Shown piece by piece: positions 24,866 through 35,968 of a stretch of 54,746 nt of DNA (the stretch's first letter is position 1; each line of letters opens with the position of its first letter). The position numbers and the translations under genes were made by a program. This DNA is from Fluviicola sp. (lineage in GTDB: Bacteria > Bacteroidota > Bacteroidia > Flavobacteriales_D > Crocinitomicaceae): assembly GCA_046308455.1 (NCBI GenBank), contig JBKDZA010000277.1, positions 1-54,746 on the forward strand. Reading direction: 5' to 3'. The notes beneath the pieces were generated by a model. That model was not told the DNA's origin. It ran no database searches and saw only the letters and a program-made list of their open reading frames with translations.

Positions 24866-24959
24866 CTTGTTTTTTTCTTCTTTTTACTTGTTTTACAGTT
24901 GCGCGGAATAAGAGAGTGAAGAAATCTAATAAACCCTTTAGCTGTAAACCAAAAATTAA

Positions 24960-25571
24960 TTACTTAGAGTATAATTCGACGATTAATTGCTCTTTAATAT
25001 TTTCAGGAATTAAATCACGTGTTGGAACAGATAATAATTTTCCAGACATTGTAGATTTATCCCAATCTAACCAATCGTAACGTTTGTTAGTTGCTGCAGT
25101 TAATGAATTCGAGATAGCCTCTAAAGATTTAGATTTTTCACGAACACCAACTACATCACCAATACGTAAAGTGTAAGAAGGAATGTTTACCACTTCTCCA
25201 TTTACAACGATATGTTTGTGAGTTACTAACTGACGAGCAGCTCTACGAGAATTTGCAATACCTAAACGGTACACCGTATTGTCTAAACGAGTCTCACATA
25301 ATTGTAACAAGTTTTCACCTGTAATACCTTTCATGCGAGAAGCTTTTTTAAACAAATTCGAGAACTGACGTTCTAAAATTCCATAAGTGTATTTAGCTTT
25401 TTGCTTTTCACCTAATTGGATTGCGTATTCGGATTGTTTACCACCTCTACGCTTAGTCGGACCATGTTGTCCTGGACCGTAACTTCTTCTGTCCAGAGCT
25501 TTATCTGGGCCAAAAATTGGCTCTTTAAATCGACGCGCAATTTTTGTTTTTGGACCTGTATATCTTGCCAT
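24960..25571 (-). CDS. rpsD: 30S ribosomal protein S4
   Basis: MARYTGP, ETRLDN, ARQLVTH, IVELYSK. Confidence 0.99.
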   Translation of the reverse strand: MARYTGPKTKIARRFKEPIFGPDKALDRRSYGPGQHGPTKRRGGKQSEYAIQLGEKQKAKYTYGILERQFSNLFKKASRMKGITGENLLQLCETRLDNTVYRLGIANSRRAARQLVTHKHIVVNGEVVNIPSYTLRIGDVVGVREKSKSLEAISNSLTAATNKRYDWLDWDKSTMSGKLLSVPTRDLIPENIKEQLIVELYSK

Positions 25572-25584
25572 ACTTATAAAATAT

Positions 25585-25634
25585 AAGGGAGATTATGAAT
25601 TAAGGCTTTGTCCTTCGATAATCTTAATTCCCTT
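25585..25634 (-). ncRNA. Putative S4 ribosomal-protein leader (S4-Flavobacteria-like r-leader)
   Basis: Minus strand AAGGGA-ATTA-AGATTAT-CGAAGG...CCTTAATTC-ATAATCT-CCCTT nested stem directly upstream of rpsD. Confidence 0.6.
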
Positions 25635-25649
25635 TTTTGTTAATTACTA

Positions 25650-26036
25650 TTATACTCGACGTTTCTTTGGTGGTCGACACCCGTTATGAGGAAGTGGAGT
25701 AACATCAATGATCTCCATTACTTCGATACCGCTGTTGTGAATTGAACGGATAGCAGATTCACGACCTGCACCTGGACCTTTTACAAAAACGCGTACTCTA
25801 CGTAATCCGAAGTCATGAGCTTCTTTAGAAGCATCCTCCCCAGCTACTTGCGCAGCATATGGAGTATTTTTCTTAGAACCTTTGAAGCCCATTTTTCCCG
25901 CTGAAGACCAAGAAATCACTTGACCTGCATTGTTAGTCAAAGAAATAATCACATTGTTGAAGGTAGCTTGAATATGCGCTTCACCCGCTGCGTCTACTTT
26001 GACTTGTTTCTTCTTCTTTTGGTTTGCTTTTGCCAT
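25650..26036 (-). CDS. rpsK: 30S ribosomal protein S11
   Basis: [31 protein letters not shown]. Confidence 0.99.
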   Translation of the reverse strand: MAKANQKKKKQVKVDAAGEAHIQATFNNVIISLTNNAGQVISWSSAGKMGFKGSKKNTPYAAQVAGEDASKEAHDFGLRRVRVFVKGPGAGRESAIRSIHNSGIEVMEIIDVTPLPHNGCRPPKKRRV

Positions 26037-26044
26037 TTTAACTA

Positions 26045-26419
26045 TTATTTAGTTGCTTTTTTCTTGTTAGCAACAGTTTTTCTTCTACCTTTTCTAGTAC
26101 GAGAGTTGTTTTTCGTACGTTGACCTCTTAACGGTAAACCAGCTCTGTGACGAATTCCACGAGTACATCCGATGTCCATTAAACGTTTGATGTTTAATTG
26201 AACTTCTGAACGCAATTGTCCTTCTGTTTTCACTTCGCCAATTGAAGTACGGATCAAAGCGATTTGATCATCAGACCAATCTTGAACTTTGATATTTTCA
26301 TCGATACTGTTAGCAACTAATACTTTTTTAGCTGTGCTACGTCCGATACCGTAGATGTAAGTCAACCCGATTACACCTCTTTTGTTTTTTGGTAGATCAA
26401 TACCTGCAATACGTGCCAT
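26045..26419 (-). CDS. rpsM: 30S ribosomal protein S13
   Basis: [20 protein letters not shown]. Confidence 0.99.
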   Translation of the reverse strand: MARIAGIDLPKNKRGVIGLTYIYGIGRSTAKKVLVANSIDENIKVQDWSDDQIALIRTSIGEVKTEGQLRSEVQLNIKRLMDIGCTRGIRHRAGLPLRGQRTKNNSRTRKGRRKTVANKKKATK

Positions 26420-26421
26420 AA

Positions 26422-26538
26422 TTACCCTTGTCTTTGTTTTAGTTTCGGATTCTTTTTGTTAATCACGTAAACTCTTCCTTTTCTCTTAACGATTTTGCAA
26501 TCTGCAGTACGTTTTTTTACTGAAGCTCTTACTTTCAT
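26422..26538 (-). CDS. rpmJ: 50S ribosomal protein L36 (Zn-independent type)
   Basis: Manual translation [38 protein letters not shown] (38 aa, below the track cutoff). Confidence 0.97.
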   Translation of the reverse strand: MKVRASVKKRTADCKIVKRKGRVYVINKKNPKLKQRQG

Positions 26539-26573
26539 ATTCTACTTTATTTATCGAATAACTTTCTTACAAC

Positions 26574-26792
26574 TTATTTGTAGCGGAAAGAAATACGTCC
26601 TTTAGTTAAATCATAAGGCGACATTTCAACTTTCACTCTATCACCTGGAAGAATCTTAATGTAGAACATTCTCATTTTCCCTGATATGTGAGCAGTGATT
26701 ACGTGCCCGTTTTCTAATTCTACTCGAAACATTGCATTTGATAATGCTTCGATGATTGTTCCGTCAATTTCTATTGATGATTGCTTTGCCAT
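26574..26792 (-). CDS. infA: Translation initiation factor IF-1
   Basis: [33 protein letters not shown]. Confidence 0.99.
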   Translation of the reverse strand: MAKQSSIEIDGTIIEALSNAMFRVELENGHVITAHISGKMRMFYIKILPGDRVKVEMSPYDLTKGRISFRYK

Positions 26793-26794
26793 AA

Positions 26795-28114
26795 TTACAT
26801 TCCTGAAGGTATTTGATCTCTACGGCCTCTTACTCTTGAACCTTCCATCAAACCATCCATATGACGATTTAATAAATACGATTCAATTTGTTGCAATGTA
26901 TCTAATACTACCCCAACCATAATCAACAAAGATGTTCCTCCAAAGAAATATTCAAATCCTGAAGACACACCTGCTTTATATGCAATTGCAGGTAAAATTG
27001 CAATCATTGCTAAGAATAATGAACCTGGTAAAGTAATACGAGATACTAATGTATCGATGTATTCTTGAGTTTCTTCACCTGGACGAACTCCTGGGATAAA
27101 ACCACCAGAGCTCTTTAAATCATCTGCCATTTTGCGTGGACTGATCATGATTGCCGTATAGAAATACGTAAAAACAATAATCAAAAACGCTAAAACTCCA
27201 TTGTACAATAAACCATGAGCATCAAAAACAGTTGAGTTTTCTTTTGCGAAATACATCATTGGAATAGTCATAATTGCTTGAGCAAAGATAATTGGCATAA
27301 CTCCAGACGCATTTACTTTTAAAGGCAAATAACTTCTAGCACCTTGTGCATCAACATCTCTAGCACCAACAACACGTTTTGCCGTATTAAGTGGAACTTT
27401 ACGTACACCTTGTACGATCAAGATAACACCTAAAACAATTAACATGAATACGATCACTTCAAGAACAATCCATAAAGGAGAATCTTTCGCAGCTACTTCA
27501 GCAATAAAGCTACTTGGTAGACGAGAAATGATTCCAACAGTAATCAATAAAGACACCCCATTTCCAATTCCTTTATCAGTAATTTTCTCACCGATCCAGA
27601 CAGAAAGCATTGAACCTGCAACCATACTAATAATAGCAGTTCCCCACCATAAAGTACTTTGAACAACAGGTAAAGCTCCTTGAATTGAAGACGCGTATTG
27701 AGTAATATAAGTAGGTGCTTGAGCAGCACAGATTATAATTGTCAAAATACGTGTATAATTGTTGATTTGTTTACGACCAGATTCACCTTCATTCTGCATC
27801 TTTTGTACAGCAGGCACAGCCAAACCAAGTAACTGCATGATAATCGATGCAGAAATGTATGGCATAATTCCCAAAGACAAAATAGACACATTCGTAAATG
27901 CACCACCTGAAATGTAGGATAGAATGGTTTCTAGGGCGTTACCACCGCTTTTAGCGTTACTGGCATGTTCCATTACCGCTTGAGCGCTAACACCCGGAAC
28001 CATTATAAAAGATCCAAGTCTATAGATAAGAATTAGTAAAAGCGTCAATAATATACGCTTTCTCAGTTCTTCTACTGACCAGATATTTTTTAGATTTTGT
28101 ATAAACCGTTTCAT
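26795..28114 (-). CDS. secY: Preprotein translocase SecY
   Basis: [38 protein letters not shown]. Confidence 0.98.
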   Translation of the reverse strand: MKRFIQNLKNIWSVEELRKRILLTLLLILIYRLGSFIMVPGVSAQAVMEHASNAKSGGNALETILSYISGGAFTNVSILSLGIMPYISASIIMQLLGLAVPAVQKMQNEGESGRKQINNYTRILTIIICAAQAPTYITQYASSIQGALPVVQSTLWWGTAIISMVAGSMLSVWIGEKITDKGIGNGVSLLITVGIISRLPSSFIAEVAAKDSPLWIVLEVIVFMLIVLGVILIVQGVRKVPLNTAKRVVGARDVDAQGARSYLPLKVNASGVMPIIFAQAIMTIPMMYFAKENSTVFDAHGLLYNGVLAFLIIVFTYFYTAIMISPRKMADDLKSSGGFIPGVRPGEETQEYIDTLVSRITLPGSLFLAMIAILPAIAYKAGVSSGFEYFFGGTSLLIMVGVVLDTLQQIESYLLNRHMDGLMEGSRVRGRRDQIPSGM

Positions 28115-28134
28115 AAAAATGTCGGCAAAGATAA

Positions 28135-28581
28135 TTAGATTTCTGAAATAGAACCACCTTGAGCTTCAATTCCTGCTTTCGCAGTCGTTGAAAACTTGTG
28201 AGCAGTGATAGTAACTTTTGATTTCAATTCTCCACGACCTAGGATTTTCACCAAATCGTTTCTTGAAACCAAACCATTATCACGTAACACATCTAAAGTG
28301 ATTTCAGTTACATTTTTGCGTTCAACAAGAGCTTGAATAGCATCTAAATTGATTGCTTTGTATTCTACGCGGTTAATGTTTTTAAAACCGAATTTCGGAA
28401 CACGACGTTGTAACGGCATTTGTCCTCCTTCGAAACCAACCTTTTTAGAATACCCAGAGCGAGACTTCGCACCTTTGTGACCACGAGTAGCAGTACCACC
28501 ACCACCAGAACCGTGTCCGCGACCAATACGTTTGTCCGCTTTTACAGCACCTTTTGCAGGTCTTAAATTATTTAAATTCAT
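28135..28581 (-). CDS. rplO: 50S ribosomal protein L15
   Basis: RGHKGAKSRSG, FEGGQMPLQRR. Confidence 0.99.
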   Translation of the reverse strand: MNLNNLRPAKGAVKADKRIGRGHGSGGGGTATRGHKGAKSRSGYSKKVGFEGGQMPLQRRVPKFGFKNINRVEYKAINLDAIQALVERKNVTEITLDVLRDNGLVSRNDLVKILGRGELKSKVTITAHKFSTTAKAGIEAQGGSISEI

Positions 28582-28602
28582 GGATTCTTCTTTTTTTAAG
28601 TA

Positions 28603-28779
28603 TTATTCAACCACTTCAACTAAATGCTCAACTTTCTTGATCATCCCAAGAATTTGAGGAGTTGCTTCTTTTTCAATTACTTGGTTCAAACGGCTAAAAC
28701 CTAACGCTTTGATCGTCGCTTTTTGACGAGCTGGGCGTTTGATAGTGCTTCGAACTTGTTTTATTTTTATCGTAGCCAT
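28603..28779 (-). CDS. rpmD: 50S ribosomal protein L30
   Basis: MATIKIKQVRS...GMIKKVEHLV; start moved to ATG 28779. Confidence 0.97.
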   Translation of the reverse strand: MATIKIKQVRSTIKRPARQKATIKALGFSRLNQVIEKEATPQILGMIKKVEHLVEVVE

Positions 28780-28789
28780 CTTTTTCTTA

Positions 28790-29308
28790 TTAACCGTTAA
28801 ACACTTTGTCCATTGAAATACCACGTTGACGAGCTACAGTAGCTGCATCACGCATAGAAGCTAACGCATCCATAGTTGCTTTAACAACGTTGTGTGGATT
28901 TGAAGAACCTTGAGATTTTGCAAGTACATTATGAATACCAACTGACTCAAGAACTGCGCGCATCGCACCACCTGCGATAACTCCAGTACCATTTGTAGCT
29001 GGTTTCAAAAACACTTCTGCACCTCCGAATTTTCCTTTTTGAGAATGCGGAACTGTACCTTTTAAGATCGGAACTTTGATTAAGTTTTTCTTCGCGTCAT
29101 CGATTCCTTTAGTAATCGCTTCAGTTACTTCTTTTGCTTTTCCTAATCCGTGTCCAACGATACCGTTTTCATCACCTACCACAACGATAGCTGAGAAACT
29201 AAATGTACGTCCACCTTTTGTAACTTTAGTCACACGGTTTACAGCCACCAATTTATCTTTTAACTCGATATCTGAGGCTTTTACTCTATTTACTGTTTGT
29301 GCTGCCAT
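28790..29308 (-). CDS. rpsE: 30S ribosomal protein S5
   Basis: [18 protein letters not shown]. Confidence 0.99.
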   Translation of the reverse strand: MAAQTVNRVKASDIELKDKLVAVNRVTKVTKGGRTFSFSAIVVVGDENGIVGHGLGKAKEVTEAITKGIDDAKKNLIKVPILKGTVPHSQKGKFGGAEVFLKPATNGTGVIAGGAMRAVLESVGIHNVLAKSQGSSNPHNVVKATMDALASMRDAATVARQRGISMDKVFNG

Positions 29309-29313
29309 GATGA

Positions 29314-29667
29314 TTAAAATTTAAGTCCACCTTCTCTAGCTGAATCAGCTAATGATTTAACACGACCGTGGTACAAGTACCCATTACGATCAAAAACTAC
29401 TGATTCAACGCCAGCTTTCACCGCTTTTTGAGCGATTTCTTTTCCTACTACAGCAGCTTGCTCAACTTTATTTTTTTTGTCAGCTGCTTTGTTTTTGTAA
29501 GAAGAAGCTGCGACTAATGTTACCCCTTTTGTATCATCGATTAACTGAGCATAGATTTGCTTGTTAGAACGATATACAGATAAGCGAGGAATTTGAGTAG
29601 TACCAGAAATTTTCTTTCTGATTCTTCTCTTAATTTTTGCTCTTCTATTTAATTTACTAAATGCCAT
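29314..29667 (-). CDS. rplR: 50S ribosomal protein L18
   Basis: [22 protein letters not shown]. Confidence 0.99.
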   Translation of the reverse strand: MAFSKLNRRAKIKRRIRKKISGTTQIPRLSVYRSNKQIYAQLIDDTKGVTLVAASSYKNKAADKKNKVEQAAVVGKEIAQKAVKAGVESVVFDRNGYLYHGRVKSLADSAREGGLKF

Positions 29668-29679
29668 AACTAATTAAGA

Positions 29680-30234
29680 TTATTTTTTACCTGCAGATTT
29701 ACCAGCTTTTCTTCTAATATCCTCTCCTACGAAGCGGATACCTTTTCCTTTGTATGGTTCTGGTTTACGAAGAGAACGAATTTTGGCAGCAACCTGGCCC
29801 AAAAGTTGTTTATCATAAGACTCGATTGTTACAACCGGAGCCTTACCCTTTTGAGTATCTGCAGATACCTTAATTTCTTGAGGAACTTCAATCACAATTG
29901 GGTGAGAATAACCTAATGCTAACTCTAACTGTTGACCAGTTGCAGTTGCACGGTAACCTACACCAATTACTTCTAATTCCTTCTTGTACCCTTCGGAAAC
30001 ACCTACACACATGTTTTGAAGTAAAGCACGGTATAAACCATGTTTTGCTCTGTGATCTGGCGCATCTGACGCGCGGGTAAAAGTGATTTCAGATCCTTCG
30101 ATACTTAATTGAACACACTCATCAATTTCTTGAGTAAGCGTTCCCAATTTACCTTTTACGGTTACCAAAGTCCCATCCACTTTTACTTCAACTCCACTCG
30201 GGATTGTTACTGGGGATTTACCTATCCTTGACAT
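29680..30234 (-). CDS. rplF: 50S ribosomal protein L6
   Basis: MSRIGK, PEPYKGKGIR. Confidence 0.99.
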   Translation of the reverse strand: MSRIGKSPVTIPSGVEVKVDGTLVTVKGKLGTLTQEIDECVQLSIEGSEITFTRASDAPDHRAKHGLYRALLQNMCVGVSEGYKKELEVIGVGYRATATGQQLELALGYSHPIVIEVPQEIKVSADTQKGKAPVVTIESYDKQLLGQVAAKIRSLRKPEPYKGKGIRFVGEDIRRKAGKSAGKK

Positions 30235-30267
30235 TATTTATATAATTACGAATTACGAAAACGAGCG

Positions 30268-30298
30268 CAAAGATACAACAATAAAAGATACAAGCAAA
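30268..30298 (-). promoter_or_regulatory. Internal Bacteroidota sigma70-type promoter upstream of rplF
   Basis: Minus strand TTTG (30298-30295)-N19-TATCTTTG (30275-30268). Confidence 0.6.
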
Positions 30299-30428
30299 AA
30301 ACTCATATCTTTTTTGTTTATCTAGCAATCAGAAATCTGCATTCTAGTTTGTACTTAATGATAATTAATAATTGAAATTTGAGTTAGTTATTTACACTTT
30401 TGTCAAATTTCCATCAAAAATCAAAGTT

Positions 30429-30827
30429 TTAATATACGTAGCAGAGTACTTCTCCACCAATATTTTCTTTTCTAGCTTCTTTATCAGTTATAACACCTTT
30501 AGAAGTAGAAACGATAGCAATACCTAAACCGTTTAATACACGTGGCATATCAGCCGCACCAGCATATTTACGTAAACCTGGACGTGAAGCACGATCGATT
30601 TTTGTAATTGCAGGTACTTTAGTTGAACTATTGTACTTTAAAGCGATTTTAATCACTCCTTGTTTGTCATCATCTTCAAATTTATAATTTGAGATGTAAC
30701 CTTGATCAAATAAGATCGCAGTTATCGCTTTTTTAACATTTGAAGCAGGGATTTCTACCATTTTCAAACGTGCGCTACTCGCATTACGAATACGCGTTAG
30801 ATAATCTGCTATTGGATCTGTATACAT
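30429..30827 (-). CDS. rpsH: 30S ribosomal protein S8
   Basis: [26 protein letters not shown]. Confidence 0.99.
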   Translation of the reverse strand: MYTDPIADYLTRIRNASSARLKMVEIPASNVKKAITAILFDQGYISNYKFEDDDKQGVIKIALKYNSSTKVPAITKIDRASRPGLRKYAGAADMPRVLNGLGIAIVSTSKGVITDKEARKENIGGEVLCYVY

Positions 30828-30896
30828 TTTTATTTATACATTAAATTAATACTCGGTAGAGTTTCTGTCCCGACAAAAACGTCGGGATTCAGACTT

Positions 30897-31166
30897 TTAC
30901 CAACTTGCTTTTTTAACTCCTGGGATTTTACCAGCCAAAGCCATTTCACGGAAAGTAACACGTGAAACACCGAATTGGCGCATATAACCTCTTGGACGAC
31001 CAGTTAACCCACAACGATTGTGAACACGAACTTTAGAAGAGTTCGCAGGCAATTGTTGCAATGCATCCCAGTCACCAGCAGCTTTTAATGCAGCACGCTT
31101 TGCAGCATACTTAGCTACCATTTTTTCTCTTTTGCGCTCACGCGCTTTCATTGATTCCTTAGCCAT
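30897..31166 (-). CDS. rpsN: 30S ribosomal protein S14 (89 aa, Zn-independent type)
   Basis: [28 protein letters not shown]. Confidence 0.99.
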   Translation of the reverse strand: MAKESMKARERKREKMVAKYAAKRAALKAAGDWDALQQLPANSSKVRVHNRCGLTGRPRGYMRQFGVSRVTFREMALAGKIPGVKKASW

Positions 31167-31170
31167 CTTC

Positions 31171-31722
31171 TTATTTTTTTACGAATGGAAAACCGAATGC
31201 ATCTAACAACGCTCTTCCTTCTTCGTCGTTTTCAGCAGATGTAACAAAAGTGATATCCATCCCTAGGATTTTATTTACTTTATCGATATCAATTTCAGGG
31301 AAAATGATGTGTTCTTTAACACCTAAGTTAAAGTTTCCACGTCCATCGAATCCTTTAGGATTAATACCACGGAAATCGCGAGTTCTTGGCATTGCAACAG
31401 AAATCAAACGATCTAAAAAGTCATACATTTTATCACCTCTCAACGTAACTTTCGTACCAATTGGCATTCCTTTACGTAATTTGAAGTTAGAAACGTCTTT
31501 TTTAGAAATCGTTGAAACCGCTCTTTGTCCAGCAATACGCGAAACATCAATAACAGCGTGGTCAATGATTTTTTTATCAGCAACTGCGTCACCCAATCCT
31601 TGGCTAATCACAATTTTTTGTAATTTTGGTACACGCATAACCGTTTTGTACCCAAATTTTTCAGTTAAAGCAGGAATAATTTCCTCTTTGTACTGTTTTT
31701 TCAGTCTTGGTGAATAACTCAT
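31171..31722 (-). CDS. rplE: 50S ribosomal protein L5
   Basis: [21 protein letters not shown]. Confidence 0.99.
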   Translation of the reverse strand: MSYSPRLKKQYKEEIIPALTEKFGYKTVMRVPKLQKIVISQGLGDAVADKKIIDHAVIDVSRIAGQRAVSTISKKDVSNFKLRKGMPIGTKVTLRGDKMYDFLDRLISVAMPRTRDFRGINPKGFDGRGNFNLGVKEHIIFPEIDIDKVNKILGMDITFVTSAENDEEGRALLDAFGFPFVKK

Positions 31723-32039
31723 TATTTGATCTCCTCTCCTGATTTTTTAGAATAACGAACTAATTGACCTTTATCATTTGGTTTACGACCGATACGAGTA
31801 GCTTGACCTTTCACAACAACCATAAGGTTAGAGATGTGAATTGGAGCTTCTTTTTCGACGATTCCACCATTTGGTTCAGACGCACTTGGTTTAGTGTGAC
31901 GTTTTACAACGTTAACACCTTCCACAGTAGCGCGTTCTTTCACTCTGTCAATTGTAAGGATTTTTCCTTCTTTGTTTCTAGACTCACCGCTTAATACCTT
32001 AACAGTGTCGCCTACTTTGATGTGTAATTTCTTTTGCAT
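31722..32039 (-). CDS. rplX: 50S ribosomal protein L24
   Basis: [22 protein letters not shown]. Confidence 0.99.
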   Translation of the reverse strand: MQKKLHIKVGDTVKVLSGESRNKEGKILTIDRVKERATVEGVNVVKRHTKPSASEPNGGIVEKEAPIHISNLMVVVKGQATRIGRKPNDKGQLVRYSKKSGEEIK

Positions 32040-32051
32040 GACTTCACTAAA

Positions 32052-32420
32052 TTAAAGTACCTCAGGAGCAAGTGAAACAATTTTCATGTAATTGTTTTCA
32101 CGTAACTCTCTTGCTACTGGTCCAAAAATACGGGTTCCTCTCATATCCCCCGCCTGATTCAAGATAACACAAGCGTTATCATCGAAACGAATGTAAGAAC
32201 CGTCCGCTCTACGAACTTCTTTTCTTGTTCTTACAACTACCGCCTTGGCAACCGATCCTTTTTTTACGGCTCCAGAGGGCATTGCGCTCTTAACAGCTAC
32301 CACGATTTTATCTCCAACTGAAGCATAACGACGTTTTGTACCGCCTAAAACGCGAATACATAACACCTCTTTTGCTCCTGAGTTGTCGGCCACTGCAAGT
32401 CTTGATTCTTGTTGTATCAT
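32052..32420 (-). CDS. rplN: 50S ribosomal protein L14
   Basis: [28 protein letters not shown]. Confidence 0.99.
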   Translation of the reverse strand: MIQQESRLAVADNSGAKEVLCIRVLGGTKRRYASVGDKIVVAVKSAMPSGAVKKGSVAKAVVVRTRKEVRRADGSYIRFDDNACVILNQAGDMRGTRIFGPVARELRENNYMKIVSLAPEVL

Positions 32421-32429
32421 TGCGACTAA

Positions 32430-32687
32430 TTATTTTGCTCTTTCTATTATTTCTACTAATCTCCAGTTCTTGTTTTTAGACAAGGGGCGTGTCTCCATGA
32501 TTTTCACCGTATCGCCAATATTGCAATCGTTGTTTTCATCGTGGGCCACAAATTTAGTAGTTTTTTTGACGAACTTACCATATTTCGGATGTTTTACTTT
32601 TCTCTCTACCTTAACAACGATAGATTTCTGCATTTTATCGCTAGTAACAACTCCTACTCTTTCTTTTCTCAAATTACGCTTTTCCAT
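32430..32687 (-). CDS. rpsQ: 30S ribosomal protein S17
   Basis: [23 protein letters not shown]. Confidence 0.99.
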   Translation of the reverse strand: MEKRNLRKERVGVVTSDKMQKSIVVKVERKVKHPKYGKFVKKTTKFVAHDENNDCNIGDTVKIMETRPLSKNKNWRLVEIIERAK

Positions 32688-32713
32688 ATCACGTTTGATT
32701 TAATAATCAAGCA

Positions 32714-32908
32714 CTAAGCTTGATTTTCGCGTTTTTTTAATTCAGTACTTAAACGTGCAATCGTACGACGTGCGTGACGAATTTGAAGCGGATTTTCAAG
32801 TGGTGTCACATGATGTCCTAATTTCATTTTTGTCAAAGATTCCGCTGCAGCTGCTAAACGATTCTTCAAATCTTCAACTGAAAGTTTTGTTATTTCTTGT
32901 TGTTTCAT
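32714..32908 (-). CDS. rpmC: 50S ribosomal protein L29
   Basis: LENPLQIRHARRTIAR; operon position. Confidence 0.97.
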   Translation of the reverse strand: MKQQEITKLSVEDLKNRLAAAAESLTKMKLGHHVTPLENPLQIRHARRTIARLSTELKKRENQA

Positions 32909-32916
32909 TGTTTATA

Positions 32917-33345
32917 TTATTTAGTTGGTACAACGTAATCGTTACGTACAATAAATTTACACTTAACAGGTAATTTTTGAGCTGCTAAACGAAGTGCTTC
33001 CTTTGCAATTTCATAAGGAACTCCGTCCGCTTCGAACATAATACGACCTGGTTTTACTACAGCCACCCAGTGACTTGGAGCACCTTTACCTTTACCCATC
33101 CTTACCTCAGCTGGTTTGCTTGTAATTGGTTTGTCTGGGAAAATTCGGATCCACACCTTACCTTCACGTTTCATGTAACGCGTAACTGCGATACGAGAAG
33201 CTTCTATCTGGCGTGATGTAATCCATCCTGGCTCCAATGTTTTGAGTCCGAAAGAACCGAATGCGATCGTGCTTCCACGTTGTGCTTCACCTCGGTTACG
33301 TCCTTTTTGGACTCTTCTAAATTTGGTTCTCTTTGGAGATAACAT
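32917..33345 (-). CDS. rplP: 50S ribosomal protein L16
   Basis: [25 protein letters not shown]. Confidence 0.99.
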   Translation of the reverse strand: MLSPKRTKFRRVQKGRNRGEAQRGSTIAFGSFGLKTLEPGWITSRQIEASRIAVTRYMKREGKVWIRIFPDKPITSKPAEVRMGKGKGAPSHWVAVVKPGRIMFEADGVPYEIAKEALRLAAQKLPVKCKFIVRNDYVVPTK

Positions 33346-33369
33346 CTTTCGAAAATTTTAAATGGATTA

Positions 33370-34122
33370 TTACTTTTTCTTACGGTTATTGTTTCCACCT
33401 CTTCCAGCTGGACGACGGTTACCAGGTGCACCACCAGAGTTTGAACCTCCTTTAGCGCCTGCTGCAGCCATTCCAACATTTGGAGAAAGATCACGACGAC
33501 CGTAAACTTCACCTTTACAGATCCATACCTTGATACCAATCAAACCGTAAGTAGTCAATGCCTCACCTACTGCATAATCGATATCTGCTCTGAACGTATG
33601 TAACGGAGTACGTCCATCTTTGTACATCTCTGAACGAGCCATCTCTGCCCCATTCAAACGACCTGAAATTTTCACTTTGATACCTTCAGCACCCATTCTC
33701 ATGGTAGAGCCGATAGACATCTTAATCGCGCGGCGGAATGAAATACGAGCTTCAATTTGACGAGCAATTCCATCAGCAACTAAGCGTGCATCCAATTCTG
33801 GACGTTTAACTTCGAAGATATTGATTTGAATTTCTTTTTTCGTCAATTTTTTTAACTCTTCTTTCAATTTTTCCACTTCTTGACCACCTTTACCGATAAT
33901 CACACCCGGACGAGCCGTGTTGATTGTAACAGTAACGAGCTTGAGGGTACGCTCGATGATGATTTTTGAAATGCTCGCACGAGATAAACGGGCGTTCAAA
34001 TACTTGCGAATTTGATCGTCCTCAACGATTTTGTCACGGTAGTTATCACCACCATACCAGTTAGATTCCCATCCGTGGATGAAACCTAATCTATTTCCAA
34101 TTGGATTCGTCTTTTGTCCCAT
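33370..34122 (-). CDS. rpsC: 30S ribosomal protein S3
   Basis: [34 protein letters not shown]. Confidence 0.99.
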   Translation of the reverse strand: MGQKTNPIGNRLGFIHGWESNWYGGDNYRDKIVEDDQIRKYLNARLSRASISKIIIERTLKLVTVTINTARPGVIIGKGGQEVEKLKEELKKLTKKEIQINIFEVKRPELDARLVADGIARQIEARISFRRAIKMSIGSTMRMGAEGIKVKISGRLNGAEMARSEMYKDGRTPLHTFRADIDYAVGEALTTYGLIGIKVWICKGEVYGRRDLSPNVGMAAAGAKGGSNSGGAPGNRRPAGRGGNNNRKKK

Positions 34123-34129
34123 TTCCTAA

Positions 34130-34525
34130 TTATTTTGAACCATCGACAACGATAGTCACGTGGTTTGATCTTTTACGAACTCGGTAAGCTCTACCTTGAG
34201 GAGCAGTTTGGATACGTTTCAACATACCCGCGCTACCAACTTCGATAGATTTCACCACTAATACTTCTTCTTCAATGCTTTTGCCTTCGTTTTTAGCTTC
34301 CCAGTTAGCAATTGCTGAACGCAATAACTTTGATAAGCTAGTAGATGCATCTTTTGCATTGTGTTGCAATATATTTAGAGCTTTATTTACTTCAACACCT
34401 CTAACAAGATCTGCAACTAATCTCATTTTACGAGGTGAAATCGGAGAATCGTTCAACTTTGCAAAAGCAACTGATTGTTTCTCTTCTTTAATTTTCTCAG
34501 CTCTTAACTTCTTTCTAGCGCCCAT
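34130..34525 (-). CDS. rplV: 50S ribosomal protein L22
   Basis: [21 protein letters not shown]. Confidence 0.99.
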   Translation of the reverse strand: MGARKKLRAEKIKEEKQSVAFAKLNDSPISPRKMRLVADLVRGVEVNKALNILQHNAKDASTSLSKLLRSAIANWEAKNEGKSIEEEVLVVKSIEVGSAGMLKRIQTAPQGRAYRVRKRSNHVTIVVDGSK

Positions 34526-34544
34526 GTCACCTTGAATTTAATAA

Positions 34545-34823
34545 CTATCTTTTTTTATCCTTTTTGTTAGCACCATGTCCACGGAAGTTACGCGTTGGAG
34601 AAAACTCTCCTAATTTGTGTCCTACCATGTTCTCTGTTACAAACACAGGAATAAACTTATTCCCGTTGTGCACTGCGAATGTCAATCCTACAAAATCTGG
34701 AGAGATTGTACTTGCGCGTGACCAAGTCTTGATCACCGCTTTGCTTCCGCTTTCTTGTGCTGCGTCCACTCTTTTAGACAACTTATAGTGTATAAAAGGT
34801 GGTTTTTTCAATGAACGACTCAT
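34545..34823 (-). CDS. rpsS: 30S ribosomal protein S19
   Basis: [19 protein letters not shown]. Confidence 0.99.
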   Translation of the reverse strand: MSRSLKKPPFIHYKLSKRVDAAQESGSKAVIKTWSRASTISPDFVGLTFAVHNGNKFIPVFVTENMVGHKLGEFSPTRNFRGHGANKKDKKR

Positions 34824-34826
34824 ACC

Positions 34827-35654
34827 TTATTTCTTTCTTCTTTCAATAATAAACTTCTCAGAATACTTCGTTTTAGAACGTGTCTTGTATCCTTTTGCTG
34901 GCATACCATTACGTGAGCGAGGGTGACCTCCTGAGTTACGACCCTCACCACCACCCATTGGGTGATCGACTGGATTCATTACTACACCACGTACACGAGG
35001 ACGACGTCCTAACCAACGAGAGCGACCAGCTTTACCTGATACAACTAGTGCATGTTCACCGTTAGAAACGGCTCCAATTGTAGCGATACAAGTAGTTAAG
35101 ATCATACGCGTCTCGCCAGAAGGCAATTTGATGATTGCAAAGCGACCATCACGAGCGTTCAGTTGCGCATAAGTACCAGCTCCACGAGCGATAGCACCAC
35201 CTTTACCAGGGTGCAATTCGATGTTGTGGATTACTGTACCAAGAGGCACATCAGATAAAAATAGAGCGTTACCAACATTTGGTGTTGCTCCCTTTCCAGA
35301 GACAACTGTATCTCCAACTTTTAATCCTTCTGGAGCGATGATGTAACGTTTTTCACCATCAGCATAGAATAAAAGTGCGATACGAGCAGTACGATTTGGA
35401 TCGTACTCGATAGTTTTCACTGTAGCAGGAACTCCGTGTTTATCTCTTTTAAAATCGATAATACGGTACTTTTGCTTGTGTCCACCACCCATATAACGCA
35501 TAGTCATACGACCATCGTTATTACGACCACCAGACTTACCGATGCTTCCTGATACTAAGCTCTTTTCAGGAACGTTAGTTGTCACATCTGCATAAGTTGT
35601 GTTGATCTTGTGTCTTTGCCCTGGAGTTGTAGGCTTGAATTTTTTAAGACCCAT
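34827..35654 (-). CDS. rplB: 50S ribosomal protein L2
   Basis: [29 protein letters not shown]. Confidence 0.99.
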   Translation of the reverse strand: MGLKKFKPTTPGQRHKINTTYADVTTNVPEKSLVSGSIGKSGGRNNDGRMTMRYMGGGHKQKYRIIDFKRDKHGVPATVKTIEYDPNRTARIALLFYADGEKRYIIAPEGLKVGDTVVSGKGATPNVGNALFLSDVPLGTVIHNIELHPGKGGAIARGAGTYAQLNARDGRFAIIKLPSGETRMILTTCIATIGAVSNGEHALVVSGKAGRSRWLGRRPRVRGVVMNPVDHPMGGGEGRNSGGHPRSRNGMPAKGYKTRSKTKYSEKFIIERRKK

Positions 35655-35667
35655 TTTTGGTTAAAAC

Positions 35668-35961
35668 TTAAAAGTTATTAAATAAATCAATCGTTTCTCC
35701 TGTAGCTACAGTCACAATCGCTTTTTTCCAAACGCGTGAAGGAGCTTCAACGACACCTTTGTTAGTATATTTAACAGAGGATTTACCGCCACCATAGATT
35801 TGTGTACGAACGTCAGTAATCTTTACCCCGTACATTTTTTCGATAGCGTTTTTAATTTCCAATTTATTCGCTTTGCGTTCTACTTCGAATGTGAAACGAC
35901 CTGTTTCATTTCCAGCAGTTGCTTTTTCTGTAATAATTGGTTTTCTGATAATGTTATTCAT
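35668..35961 (-). CDS. rplW: 50S ribosomal protein L23
   Basis: PIITEKA, ANKLEIK, WKKAIV. Confidence 0.98.
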   Translation of the reverse strand: MNNIIRKPIITEKATAGNETGRFTFEVERKANKLEIKNAIEKMYGVKITDVRTQIYGGGKSSVKYTNKGVVEAPSRVWKKAIVTVATGETIDLFNNF

Positions 35962-35968
35962 CACTGTA

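Noticed and set aside
24892-24948. TTTACAG/CTGTAAA stem in the rpsD-rpoA spacer
   Set aside because: Only 7 bp with a weakly paired interior; cannot be distinguished from chance without an alignment.
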